Below are positions 27,298-36,586 of a DNA stretch of 64,000 nucleotides, in pieces. Where the stretch lies: the NCBI GenBank assembly GCA_963705225.1, contig OY970060.1, positions 2,177,819 through 2,241,818 on the forward strand, read 5' to 3'. A model generated the notes under the pieces. It made no database searches, had not been told where the DNA came from, and saw only the letters and a list, made by a program, of their open reading frames with translations. Each line of letters begins with the position of its first letter. Position 1 is the stretch's first letter. The position numbers and the translations under genes are program-made. Source of the DNA: an uncultured Acidobacteriota bacterium. Lineage in GTDB: Bacteria; Acidobacteriota; Blastocatellia; Pyrinomonadales; Pyrinomonadaceae.

Positions 27298-29589
27298 ATG
27301 CTTTCAGCGTCATTTCGTCTTAGCTTTCTGGCCTTACTTTTTACGCTTACCACGTTTGCGCAAACCATTCCGGCCCCGGCGGACGTGCTCGGATTTACTC
27401 CCGGCGATGACCGTAAACTCGCTTCCTGGTCCCAGATCGTCACTTATTTTCAAAAGCTCGACGCGGCCAGCGACCGCATCAAGTTTCAGGAGATCGGCAA
27501 GACCACGATGGGCAGGCCGTTCACCTACGCCACGATCTCTTCCCCGGAAAATCTGAAAAACCTCGAAAAATATAAAAAGATCAATGCCAAACTGGCCGAC
27601 CCGCGTACCTTCAAAAGTAATGACAAGGCCGCGCAGGTTTTGATCGAACAGGGCAAAACGATCGTGCTCATCACCTGCGGCATCCACTCGACCGAGGTCG
27701 GCAGCACTCTTTCTTCGATGCTGCTCGCGCACCGGCTGGTTTCCTCGGACGACCCGGAAGTTAAAAACATTCTAAATAATACGATCGTGCTGCTGGTGCC
27801 TTCGTTAAATCCCGACGGCGTGGATATCGTAAAAAACTGGTACGACAAAACGCTCGGCACGCCATTCGAAGGCACCGAACCGCCGGAGCTTTATCACAAA
27901 TACGTGGGGCACGATAACAATCGCGACTGGTACGCATTTACGCAGGTCGAGACGCAGTTGACGGTAGATAATATCCACAATGTCTGGCACCCGCAGATCG
28001 TGCATGACATTCACCAGCAGGGCGCCGCGGGCTCGCGCATTTTTCTGCCGCCGTACATGCAACCGGTCGAGCCCAATGTGCCGAAAGAGATCGTGGAAGG
28101 CTATACGGAGCTGGGAAATTTCATCGCGGGCGACATGCGTAAAAAGGGTTTTCAAGGCATCACGACGGATTCGACCTACGACGCCTGGACGCCCGCGCGC
28201 GCCTATTCGCATTATCACGGCGGCGTGCGCATCCTGAGCGAAACCGCCTCCGCGAGACTGGCGACACCGGTCAATATCAAGACCGAGCAGCTTCGCGACG
28301 GCCTCGGCTACGATGTCAGAAAAGAAACGCCGAATTTCGGCCCGGTCTGGCTCGGCGGCGAGTGGAAACTGCGCGACGTCACCAATTATATGACCACGGC
28401 CGCTTTTAGCTTGATGAAGCACTCAGCCGATAACCGCAGGCAGTGGCTGAAGAGATTTTACGAGATCGGGAAAAAAGCGGTCGGTCCGGGAAACCCCGGG
28501 GAACCTATTGGTTTCTTAGCTGACGATCGCTTTTATAAGCTCGGCCCGATACTGGGAAGGGCCGGCGTGGAATTTCACTATACCCAAAAGGGTTTGTTCG
28601 TCCCCTTGCGGCAGCCTTACGGAGCGTTCGCAAAGGCTATTTTCGAGAAACAAACATACCCGCATTTAACGGATGAAAAAGGCAATCCAATACAGCCCTA
28701 TGATGTAACCGCGCACACTTTGTCCTTATTATACGGCATTGAGGTAAAGCCGGTTTTCAAATCATTCAAATTCGTTTCCAATAAATGGGGGAGTTTTTCC
28801 ATCGGGGGTACCACGGGCCCGGTTTCGCTTGGAATCTATCAGTCTTCGATTCCTGTCATGGACGAGGGCTGGACACGCTGGGTCGTGGAAAAAACCGGCC
28901 GGAATTTCGCCGGCATCACGGATAAAAATATTCGCGCGTCGAACCTGAAAAGTGAGTACGGTTCTTATACGGAGAAAGGTGTGACCATGCCTTTATATTC
29001 TTCGTTACCGGCGATAGTCTTCCCCGATCAGTCGCCGAATCAAATGCTTAACGGTTATCCGAAGGGCTCGATGCCGGAAGAATACACCGGGGGCATCGGC
29101 AAAGAGGGCGTGAAAAATCTGCGGCGGTTCGTCGAAGACGGCGGGACGCTGGTTTTTCTCAACCGCGCTTCGAATTTCGCTATCGAACAGTTCGATCTTC
29201 CCGTCAGAGACGTGACCGCGGGGCTTCCGCGCAAGGATTTTTTCATTCCGGGTTCGATCCTGCGCACGGAACTGGACACTACCCACCCGATCGCCAAAGA
29301 TATGCCGAAAGAGTCTATCGCGTGGTTTGAAAACTCGCCCGCGTTCGAGATCAAGACCGATCCGCTCGCGCTAACCAATAATTTCAGGATAATCGCCAGT
29401 TACCCGAAGGACCCGAAAGACGTTTTACTTTCCGGTTGGGCACTGGGCGCGGAAAAGATCGCCGGCAAGGCGGCATTGGTGGAATTTAAGCTGGGCAAGG
29501 GAAAGATCGTCCTTTTCGGTTTCCGCCCGCAATACCGCGGGCAAAGCACGGCGACTTTTCCGCTGTTCTTTAACGCGATCACTAATTGA
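27298..29589 (+). CDS. Secreted M14-family zinc carboxypeptidase (large, multi-domain)
   Basis: Signal peptide; GIHSTE (HxxE), NPDG and NRDW motifs of M14. Confidence 0.8.
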   Translation: MLSASFRLSFLALLFTLTTFAQTIPAPADVLGFTPGDDRKLASWSQIVTYFQKLDAASDRIKFQEIGKTTMGRPFTYATISSPENLKNLEKYKKINAKLADPRTFKSNDKAAQVLIEQGKTIVLITCGIHSTEVGSTLSSMLLAHRLVSSDDPEVKNILNNTIVLLVPSLNPDGVDIVKNWYDKTLGTPFEGTEPPELYHKYVGHDNNRDWYAFTQVETQLTVDNIHNVWHPQIVHDIHQQGAAGSRIFLPPYMQPVEPNVPKEIVEGYTELGNFIAGDMRKKGFQGITTDSTYDAWTPARAYSHYHGGVRILSETASARLATPVNIKTEQLRDGLGYDVRKETPNFGPVWLGGEWKLRDVTNYMTTAAFSLMKHSADNRRQWLKRFYEIGKKAVGPGNPGEPIGFLADDRFYKLGPILGRAGVEFHYTQKGLFVPLRQPYGAFAKAIFEKQTYPHLTDEKGNPIQPYDVTAHTLSLLYGIEVKPVFKSFKFVSNKWGSFSIGGTTGPVSLGIYQSSIPVMDEGWTRWVVEKTGRNFAGITDKNIRASNLKSEYGSYTEKGVTMPLYSSLPAIVFPDQSPNQMLNGYPKGSMPEEYTGGIGKEGVKNLRRFVEDGGTLVFLNRASNFAIEQFDLPVRDVTAGLPRKDFFIPGSILRTELDTTHPIAKDMPKESIAWFENSPAFEIKTDPLALTNNFRIIASYPKDPKDVLLSGWALGAEKIAGKAALVEFKLGKGKIVLFGFRPQYRGQSTATFPLFFNAITN

Positions 29590-29593
29590 TTTT

Positions 29594-29692
29594 AGCCACG
29601 AATTACACAAATAACACGAATAAGGATCTGAAATAAAAATTTCACTTTTATTTTTCTTAAATTCGTGTTATTTGTGTAATTCGTGGCTTAAG
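29594..29692. repeat. Hairpin repeat, family 3: perfect 27-bp inverted repeat GCCACGAATTACACAAATAACACGAAT / ATTCGTGTTATTTGTGTAATTCGTGGC
   Basis: Read directly; immediately upstream of the GxxExxY gene. Confidence 0.8.
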
Positions 29693-29703
29693 TTCTTACT
29701 CCC

Positions 29704-30081
29704 ATGTTTGAAGAAAAAATTCTTTATAAGGAACTGTCTTACAAGATAGTCGGGCTGGCTATGCAGGCGCATACTGAACTTGGTTTTGGTTTTATGGAAG
29801 AAGTTTATGAAAATGCCATGCTGGTCCTGCTCAAGGAAAGTGAAATAAATGCGGTGTCCCGCTTTCCAATAAAAGTTCGTTTTCACGGACATCTGGTCGG
29901 TGATTATATTGCGGATATTCTGGTTGACAGCCGCATAATACTGGTCTTAAAGGCGCACGAAAATTTATTGAACCTTCATCGCGCTCAAACATTAAACTAT
30001 TTAAAGGCGACCGGGTTTAAACTTGCCATCTTATTGAATTTCGGGAAGAGTAAACTGGAATATGAAAGACTGGTATTATAG
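29704..30081 (+). CDS. GxxExxY protein (23S rRNA intervening-sequence protein family, PD-(D/E)xK-like)
   Basis: ELGFGFMEEVYE (GxxExxY) plus conserved C-terminal half; 125 aa. Confidence 0.8.
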   Translation: MFEEKILYKELSYKIVGLAMQAHTELGFGFMEEVYENAMLVLLKESEINAVSRFPIKVRFHGHLVGDYIADILVDSRIILVLKAHENLLNLHRAQTLNYLKATGFKLAILLNFGKSKLEYERLVL

Positions 30082-30082
30082 C

Positions 30083-30143
30083 CACGAATAAGAAGGATTT
30101 ATAGATTTCTTCATTCGTGCTATTTGTGTAATTCGTGGCAAAT
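30083..30143. repeat. Hairpin repeat, family 3, second copy (GCCACGAAT ... ATTCGTGCTATTTGTGTAATTCGTGGC)
   Basis: Directly downstream of the GxxExxY gene; the right arm differs at 1 of 27 positions from the 29666-29692 arm. Confidence 0.75.
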
Positions 30144-30234
30144 ATTTCCTGAACTCTCGTACTATACTTCTCGTATAAATTATTTGAGGGCAACGCTCGG
30201 AAGATTTAACGCACTGGCGTTGGCTTTATTTTAG

Positions 30235-30783
30235 ATGATACTTCTCATCTTATTTTATTTAGTGGTGGTGATCCTGGCAGGAATGCTGATCGCCTTCGGA
30301 TTTTCGTTTTACCTTAAGTCCCGCCAAATTTCCGCCCCGGAAGATCAAAGACATCTAGCTGATCCGGCCCGGTTTCGCCCGCTTTTTGCGCCGACCGAAG
30401 AAGATATTCGCGCGCTCGAAGGTGAGGAAAAAGCCCGCGCGGCCGAATCTGCGCGCGCCGCCGCGGAAGACGTTTTGCTGCAAAAGACGGAAACCGCGCA
30501 GCGATATTTCGCCGGCTGGCAAAATGCGCCGGATAAGCGCACTATCGGAACAGTGCTGCAACTCGCGGTGGAGAGCGAAAACGCAAAAACCTTTTCTGAA
30601 ATATCCGAAAATGTGATAAAAATTTGGCAAGATAAAAAGATCGCAGGCCTTGTGGCCGCTGATCTGGCTGATCTGTTGGACAGCCATTTCAGAACTCTTC
30701 CCCAGCAGGAAATGGCTTCGGGCGCTTTGTTTTGGCTGAAACAGGAAATAGCCGCGCTCCGGGCCGGAGACAATATCCGGTGA
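30235..30783 (+). CDS. Membrane-anchored hypothetical protein (one N-terminal TM, Ala/Glu-rich soluble part)
   Basis: ORF; no motif recognised. Confidence 0.45.
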   Translation: MILLILFYLVVVILAGMLIAFGFSFYLKSRQISAPEDQRHLADPARFRPLFAPTEEDIRALEGEEKARAAESARAAAEDVLLQKTETAQRYFAGWQNAPDKRTIGTVLQLAVESENAKTFSEISENVIKIWQDKKIAGLVAADLADLLDSHFRTLPQQEMASGALFWLKQEIAALRAGDNIR

Positions 30784-30802
30784 ACAAAAAGATAGTTTAT
30801 AG

Positions 30803-30852
30803 GGGATAAAAGGGATGAACAGGATAAGAAATTTCTATCCCCTTTATCCCCT
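30803..30852. repeat. Palindromic element, family 5 (AGGGGATAAAAGGGAT ... TATCCCCTTTATCCCCT)
   Basis: Read directly; lies between the 30235 gene and the flotillin-like gene. Confidence 0.6.
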
Positions 30853-30902
30853 CCGTCCCTGTAGGTTAGTTCGCGGATTTTGAAAGTAATCGAGGAATTT
30901 AA

Positions 30903-33098
30903 ATGGAAAACTACGTCCCCTTAATCATTGTCGGTTTTTTGCTCTTGATCGGGCTGGGAATTATCTGGTATATCGTCACGCGTTTTCTGGTCAACGTCGG
31001 CGCCACGGAAGTGGCCATCAAAGAGCGCCGTTACATGGGACGCCGGATGCCGCAGGGCCGCGTCGTCGCGACCGAAGGCGAGGTCGGCATCCAGGCCGAC
31101 GTGCTGAAACCGGGCCTGCATTTCGTCTGGTACCCGATCGAGAGGGTGATCAATAAAGTCCCTCTGGTCGAAATCGGCGCCGACGAACTCGGCGTAATCG
31201 AAGCCATCGACGGCGAACCGATGCAAACCGGTTATATATTTGCACCCGACCGCGCGCAAAACGCGCACAACAACTTTCAGGACCCAATCGCCTTTATCAA
31301 ACAGGGCGGCGTTAAAGGCATCCAGCTTCGCACGCTGCCGCCGGGAAAATGGGCGATTCATCCTTATCTGTTCAACGTTTCGATCGCTAAAGTGACCGTC
31401 ATTCCGCCGGGAAACATCGGCGTGGTCACCTCCGCCGACGGCGCGCAGTTAGAGCCCGGCCGCCTGCACGGCAGCGCGATCGAAGGACACAAGAATTTCC
31501 AGGACGCCGAAAGCTTCGTCAACAAAGGCGGCCAGAAAGGCCCCCAGGTCGAAACGCTGACGCCGGGTACATATCGTATCCATACCCAGTCGATCGGCCT
31601 CGACAATAGCCAGCAGCCGGGGCTATTTACCATTCGTTTGTTCGAAGCGACGAAGATCTCCGAAAACCAGATCGGTTTGGTCGAAGCGCTCGACGGCGCG
31701 CCGCTCGATCCGCGCGATTACGTCGCGCAGGCAGTGACCGGCCACGATAACTACCAGGATTCGAACACCTTTATCAGCGGCGGCGGACAGCGCGGCCCGC
31801 AGAAAGACATCCTGCTGCCCGGCACCTATTACATCAACCCGCTGATGTTCAAGATCATTCTTGAATCGGCCAAGGAAGTGAAACCCGGCGAGGTCGCCGT
31901 GATCGTTTCCAATGTCGGCAAAGACCCCGGTGAAGAAATTCGCCAGGCAATGGCGGCCAAGATCCGCGAGCGGCTGGAGCGCGAAGAAGAAGAACAGGTC
32001 ACTATCGCCGCCGAAAAACTGGACAAGGTGGACGGCGACAACCTGACCATCGACCAGATCAAGGCCGAACTGGTCACCGACCCGGCGGACAAGCGCCTCG
32101 ACAGCGGCGCTCATGAAGCCTATGTCGTGCCTGTCGGTTATCGCGGTATTCAGGAAACCGTGGTCGGCCCCGGCCGGTATTACATAAACACCCTGGCGAC
32201 TACGCCGATCATTATTCCGACGACCAACATGACCGTCGAATGGACGGCTGAGGAGGTCGGAAATTCATTCGACCCGTTCGCCGTTATTTCGAAAGACGGT
32301 TTTACCATGCAGCTCGAGGTTCGCGTGGTATTCCGCGTCAAACCGGAAGACGCGCCGTTCATGGTGGCAAAGATCGGCAGCACTGAAAAGCTGGTGCAGA
32401 ACGTGATGCACCCGCTGATCGACTCGATCTTTAGAAACCAGGCTTCGGAAAGCTCGGCGATGGCTTACCTGCAAAATCGTCACGAAGAACAGGAACGCGC
32501 CGAAGCCCGCGTGCGGATGCACTTGCTGAAATACCACGTGGACGTCGTCAACGTGCTGATCTGCCACATTCATCTGCCGGAAGAACTGATGAAAACCCAG
32601 ACCGAAAAGATTTTGGCTGAACAGAAACAGAGCATGTTCAATGCCCAGCGCGAAGCCGAGATCAAACGCATCGAGCTGGAAAGAACCAGTTCGCAGGCCG
32701 ACAATCAGCGCAGCCTGATGGAAGCCACCGTCGGCGTGGACATCGCCGGCAAACGCTCCGAACAGCGTAAGAAAGAGGCCGAGGGCGAAGCCTACTACAT
32801 CAGCGAAACCGGTAAGGCCGAAGCTGAGAAAATGCGCCTGATCGGTGAAGCCCAGGGCGTCGCCTATCGGGAGCAGGTCAACGCGCTCGGCGCCAACGGT
32901 GTCGCGCTGGTCGAAACGCTCAAGGTGATCGGCGAAAAAGGCGTCCGCATTACACCGGACATCATGGCTTCGGGCGGCAATGGCGACGGCGGCGGCGGGA
33001 TCGGCAGCCTGCTCCTGCTGAACCTCTTCCGCGACCAGATGCAAAAAACACCGGGTCCTGTGTCGGCTCCGACAAGCAACGGCGAGAAGAAAAGTTAA
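30903..33098 (+). CDS. SPFH/band-7 flotillin-like membrane protein with three internal ~85-aa tandem repeats
   Basis: N-terminal TM; C-terminal EA-rich coiled coil typical of FloT/YqiK; three repeats each carrying a DGxxL ... NFQD/NYQD ... GGxKGxQ ... LxPGxY pattern. Confidence 0.6.
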   Translation: MENYVPLIIVGFLLLIGLGIIWYIVTRFLVNVGATEVAIKERRYMGRRMPQGRVVATEGEVGIQADVLKPGLHFVWYPIERVINKVPLVEIGADELGVIEAIDGEPMQTGYIFAPDRAQNAHNNFQDPIAFIKQGGVKGIQLRTLPPGKWAIHPYLFNVSIAKVTVIPPGNIGVVTSADGAQLEPGRLHGSAIEGHKNFQDAESFVNKGGQKGPQVETLTPGTYRIHTQSIGLDNSQQPGLFTIRLFEATKISENQIGLVEALDGAPLDPRDYVAQAVTGHDNYQDSNTFISGGGQRGPQKDILLPGTYYINPLMFKIILESAKEVKPGEVAVIVSNVGKDPGEEIRQAMAAKIRERLEREEEEQVTIAAEKLDKVDGDNLTIDQIKAELVTDPADKRLDSGAHEAYVVPVGYRGIQETVVGPGRYYINTLATTPIIIPTTNMTVEWTAEEVGNSFDPFAVISKDGFTMQLEVRVVFRVKPEDAPFMVAKIGSTEKLVQNVMHPLIDSIFRNQASESSAMAYLQNRHEEQERAEARVRMHLLKYHVDVVNVLICHIHLPEELMKTQTEKILAEQKQSMFNAQREAEIKRIELERTSSQADNQRSLMEATVGVDIAGKRSEQRKKEAEGEAYYISETGKAEAEKMRLIGEAQGVAYREQVNALGANGVALVETLKVIGEKGVRITPDIMASGGNGDGGGGIGSLLLLNLFRDQMQKTPGPVSAPTSNGEKKS

Positions 33099-33116
33099 AA
33101 CTACTTAACTTGCAGA

Positions 33117-33150
33117 AAAAAGCGGGCTTCGGCTCGCTTTTTTTGTTTTA
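33117..33150 (+). terminator. Rho-independent terminator (AGCGGGCTTCGGCTCGCT followed by TTTTTTTGTTTT)
   Basis: Stem-loop plus T-run directly after the flotillin-like stop. Confidence 0.6.
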
Positions 33151-33286
33151 TCCCCCACCGCCGTGCTACATTTTAATTAGTCTTACTTCTACCAATGAAA
33201 CCGCTTTACTTCCACTTAATAAATAAATGAAAGAAAGCATTGAATAAGCCGTCTCACAAATGGCTTTAAAAATAAGGAGATCAATT

Positions 33287-33697
33287 ATGTCTAAAGACGC
33301 ACAAGTTATGTTGGATCAGATCAAGTCGGGAAATCTGGACCTGTCGTCGCTGCAAAGCGCCTCGTCCGCCGAAACCGTCCAGCCGGTAACGGTATCGGGC
33401 TGGGAAGCCTGCTACAGCTCTACCACAGGGCAGCTCAGCGGCTATTGCACGGTCACGGCCGACAATTCCGGCGACACCATCACCGGCCTCGGCCTGGTAA
33501 TTTACAAAAGCGACGGAACAGTAATGTTTTGCCTGCAGTACAGCAACGGTTTTAGCGACGTGGAGATCAATACTTCCGTCGGCACGAACCTGTACACGAC
33601 CGGCATGGGCAGCAGCGTCCTGAGCATCGTCTATGGCTATACCCAAAATTCGGGAAGCTTTTTCTTTAACCAGACGCTCTCCGTCGGCTCGTGTTAG
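33287..33697 (+). CDS. Small Ser/Thr/Gly/Tyr-rich protein (136 aa, 4 Cys), unknown function
   Basis: Strong SD AAGGAGA 7 nt before ATG 33287 (track ORF 33260 trimmed); no signal peptide; N-terminal 35 aa helical-looking, remainder beta-rich composition. Confidence 0.55.
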   Translation: MSKDAQVMLDQIKSGNLDLSSLQSASSAETVQPVTVSGWEACYSSTTGQLSGYCTVTADNSGDTITGLGLVIYKSDGTVMFCLQYSNGFSDVEINTSVGTNLYTTGMGSSVLSIVYGYTQNSGSFFFNQTLSVGSC

Positions 33698-33717
33698 TGG
33701 TCATTAATTGAATACCG

Positions 33718-33800
33718 GGATAAAATCGGATCGAAGGGATAAAAGTTGAGGAAAGAAAATATGATCTTTCCGACACTCTCTTTTATCTCCTGTATCCGTT
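33718..33800. repeat. Palindromic element, family 5, second copy (CCGGGATAAAATCGGATCGAAGGGATAAAAG ... GTTTTATCCCGG)
   Basis: Read directly; downstream of the 33287 gene. Confidence 0.55.
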
Positions 33801-33837
33801 TTATCCCGGTAAATAGTTTTACCGCCTTTGTTTCACC

Positions 33838-35151
33838 ATGATTAAAAACCTCGACACGACGCGTTTTGAAAACGGCTTAACCGTGCTCACCGAAAAAATG
33901 CCCGACCTGCGTTCCGCCACGATCGGATTTTGGTTTCGCTGCGGTTCGCGCGACGAACCCGCCCGCTTGAACGGCATTTCACATTTTATCGAACACGCCG
34001 TTTTTAAAGGCACCGCGAAGCGCAGCGCGCTCGACATCGCCATCGAAACCGACCGTCTGGGCGGAAATTTTGACGCTTTTACCATGCATGAGCAAACCGG
34101 TTTTACCATCAAGGTGACCGATAAAGCGGTGCCGCAGGCGTTCGATCTGCTGGCGGATATGCTCTCGGCCCCGATGTTTGACGAAACTGAGCTGCGGCGC
34201 GAACAAAAGGTCATCATCGAAGAGATGAAAATGGTGGAAGATTCGCCGGAAGAATTTTTAGGTGAAATATTCCAGCAGAATTTTTTTGCCGGGGACCCTC
34301 TCGGCCTCCCGATCGAAGGAACGGAAGAAACCGTTTTGACCTTCGACCGTAAGCTGACTTCCGAATATCACCGCGGAGCTTTTCACCCCGGTAACCTGGT
34401 TATCGCGGCGGCGGGAAATATCGAACACGCGCAGATCGCAGATCTGGCGGAAAAGTTTTTTGTCACGCCGGGGCGACGTTTCACAGGCGAAGTGGAAGCG
34501 GGACGCTTTCAGGACAGCGCCTCGAATATTTATCGCGGCAACAACGGTGGCGGCGCTGCAGATCAGGTTCTTTTAAAATCCAAACCCGGCCTGGAACAAA
34601 CCCACTTTATTCTCGCCGCCCCGTGGATCGAAGAGGCCAGTGAAAAACGTTACGCGGCGCACCTGCTGGAAAATATCCTGGGAAACGGCACATCTTCCCG
34701 GCTCTGGCAAAAAATTCGCGAAGAGCGCGGGCTGGCTTACAGCGTCGGCGCCAGCGGCGTTTCCTACCGCGACCGGGGCACTTTTAATGTTTACGCGGCT
34801 ACCTCGGCCGATCAATTCGAAGAAACCGTCGATCTGGCTCTGGCTGAGATGCGGCGGATCAAGCATGAAAACGTCAGCGATGATGAATTGAGCCTGGCTA
34901 AAGAACAAAGCGCCGCCGCCATATTATTGTCGCTGGAAGATTCGGGCGTCCGCGCCGGAAATCTCGCGCAACAGGAAATAACCTTCGGCCGGCAGATCCC
35001 GATTGACGAAACTCTGCAAAAACTGGAGCAGGTCACGGCAGAGGAAATTCAAGGTATTGCGAGTGAGTTTTTCCTGAAAGAAAAACTTGTTCTTACCGGA
35101 CTGGGAAACTTTGGTAAAAGCGGTTTCGATGCGGAACGGTTGAAAATGTAA
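33838..35151 (+). CDS. M16-family (pitrilysin/insulinase-like) zinc peptidase
   Basis: HFIEHAVFKGT inverted zinc motif HxxEH plus the two-domain M16 length. Confidence 0.85.
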   Translation: MIKNLDTTRFENGLTVLTEKMPDLRSATIGFWFRCGSRDEPARLNGISHFIEHAVFKGTAKRSALDIAIETDRLGGNFDAFTMHEQTGFTIKVTDKAVPQAFDLLADMLSAPMFDETELRREQKVIIEEMKMVEDSPEEFLGEIFQQNFFAGDPLGLPIEGTEETVLTFDRKLTSEYHRGAFHPGNLVIAAAGNIEHAQIADLAEKFFVTPGRRFTGEVEAGRFQDSASNIYRGNNGGGAADQVLLKSKPGLEQTHFILAAPWIEEASEKRYAAHLLENILGNGTSSRLWQKIREERGLAYSVGASGVSYRDRGTFNVYAATSADQFEETVDLALAEMRRIKHENVSDDELSLAKEQSAAAILLSLEDSGVRAGNLAQQEITFGRQIPIDETLQKLEQVTAEEIQGIASEFFLKEKLVLTGLGNFGKSGFDAERLKM

Positions 35152-35312
35152 AAAAGGCATGCTTGCCGGAGTCGCTGTCAGTGCAATTGTTCCGGCGATC
35201 GGCGGTTATCAGGCTTAGCGCGCAGCGGGGAAAATAACGGCTGTCCGGTCGCTATTGTAAGATGCAAGTTTTCAATTAGTTAATCTGTTTCATTTATGGT
35301 ACAACCTTAACG

Positions 35313-36134
35313 ATGAAGTTCACGGTTCTCGGCAGCGGTTCAACGGGCAACGCCACTTTGATCTCAGCCGGAAAAACAAATATTTTGATCGATGCCGGTT
35401 TGAGCGCCCGCGAGGTCGTGCGCCGGATGGCGGCGATGGGTATCGACCCCACTACGCTGGACGCCGTTATCATAACCCATGAACACAGCGACCACGTGGG
35501 CGGCCTGCGCGTGCTGCTAAGCGTCGTAAAATGTCCCGTGTTCATTTCGGGCGGAACTCATGACGGCTACATCCGCGAAAAACGCTGGTCTAACGAAGAG
35601 ACGAGCAAGCGCCTTTCCGCGCTGAAAGATCGCACCGTCGAGATCGAAGCGGGCAAGGATTTCCGCATCGGCGAGATAGATTTTCACCCCTTCACCGTGC
35701 CGCACGACGCGGCTGATAACATGGGTTTTGTCGCGACCTATCAGGGAGTAAAGATCGCATCGCTGACGGATTTCGGCCATGTCACCACGCTGATCAAGGA
35801 AAAACTGCGCAGTTGCGACGGCATCATGATCGAATCCAATCACAACATCGATATGCTGCGCGCTTGCAGCGTTTATACCTGGTCGCTGAAACAAAGAATT
35901 TCTTCGCGCACCGGGCATCTCTCGAATGAGGATCTGGCGACCTGGATCGAGAAAGATTTCGACGGCTCGGCGCGCCACATGGTGCTGATGCACCTTTCGC
36001 AAAAAGCGAACGAACCGAATCTGGCCAAATTGACCGCGGAAATGGCCCTGAAAAGCCGCTCCCCGCTCTTTCCCCCCGACACCGAGATCACCCTGGCGCA
36101 GGCAAAAGAACCCACCCGCTGGTTCGAGTTTTAG
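35313..36134 (+). CDS. MBL-fold metallo-hydrolase (YycJ/PhnP-like)
   Basis: ITHEHSDHVGG (HxHxDH) motif. Confidence 0.8.
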   Translation: MKFTVLGSGSTGNATLISAGKTNILIDAGLSAREVVRRMAAMGIDPTTLDAVIITHEHSDHVGGLRVLLSVVKCPVFISGGTHDGYIREKRWSNEETSKRLSALKDRTVEIEAGKDFRIGEIDFHPFTVPHDAADNMGFVATYQGVKIASLTDFGHVTTLIKEKLRSCDGIMIESNHNIDMLRACSVYTWSLKQRISSRTGHLSNEDLATWIEKDFDGSARHMVLMHLSQKANEPNLAKLTAEMALKSRSPLFPPDTEITLAQAKEPTRWFEF

Positions 36135-36158
36135 GGAATCTCACCACAAAGGCACTAA
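36130..36158. repeat. Repeat family 4, left copy (CTCACCACAAAGGCACTAAGGACACAAAG)
   Basis: Inverted partner at 36587-36615; third copy at 41161-41189. Confidence 0.75.
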
Positions 36159-36171
36159 GGACACAAAGATT

Positions 36172-36540
36172 TTACAGTACAATTCTTTTTAAGCCTTGTT
36201 TGAGCAAAGCAACATTAAAATTTATCAATAAGCCGAGGCGGCTGCCTGTCAGTTTAAGGTAGGTAAGCAATTGGGCCTGATGAACCGGATGAATAGCTTC
36301 AACCGTTTTAACTTCTACGATCAGCTTTCTCTCTATCCAAATATCCAGCCTTAATCCTGCGTCTAAAACGACTCCGTCGTAATGCACCGGAAGAAATATT
36401 TGGCGTTCAACAAGGAGTTGCTCTTTCTCTAACTCATGAGCGCGACAAACTTCATAAATGCTTTCCAGTAAACCCGGACCGAGTTTTTTTATGTACCTGC
36501 AAAGCGGAATTTCACTACTTTTTTTGCAATTGCTTCGACT
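36172..36540 (-). pseudogene. GxxExxY-family gene lacking a usable start codon (probable pseudogene or non-canonical start)
   Basis: In-frame translation upstream of the track GTG (36387) continues to ...KKLGPGLLESIYEVCRAHEL... (GxxExxY motif) with no ATG/GTG/TTG before the upstream TAA; an out-of-frame ATG sits at about 36562. Confidence 0.55.
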
Positions 36541-36586
36541 CCTGTGGGATAGGCTCGTACATGATTTATTGATTAATTTCTTTCTT

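Noticed and set aside
36387-36562. Full-length intact second GxxExxY gene starting at the ATG near 36562
   Set aside because: That ATG is out of frame with the GxxExxY-motif frame (an in-frame TAG follows after 15 codons), so the gene was called a pseudogene or non-canonically initiated.
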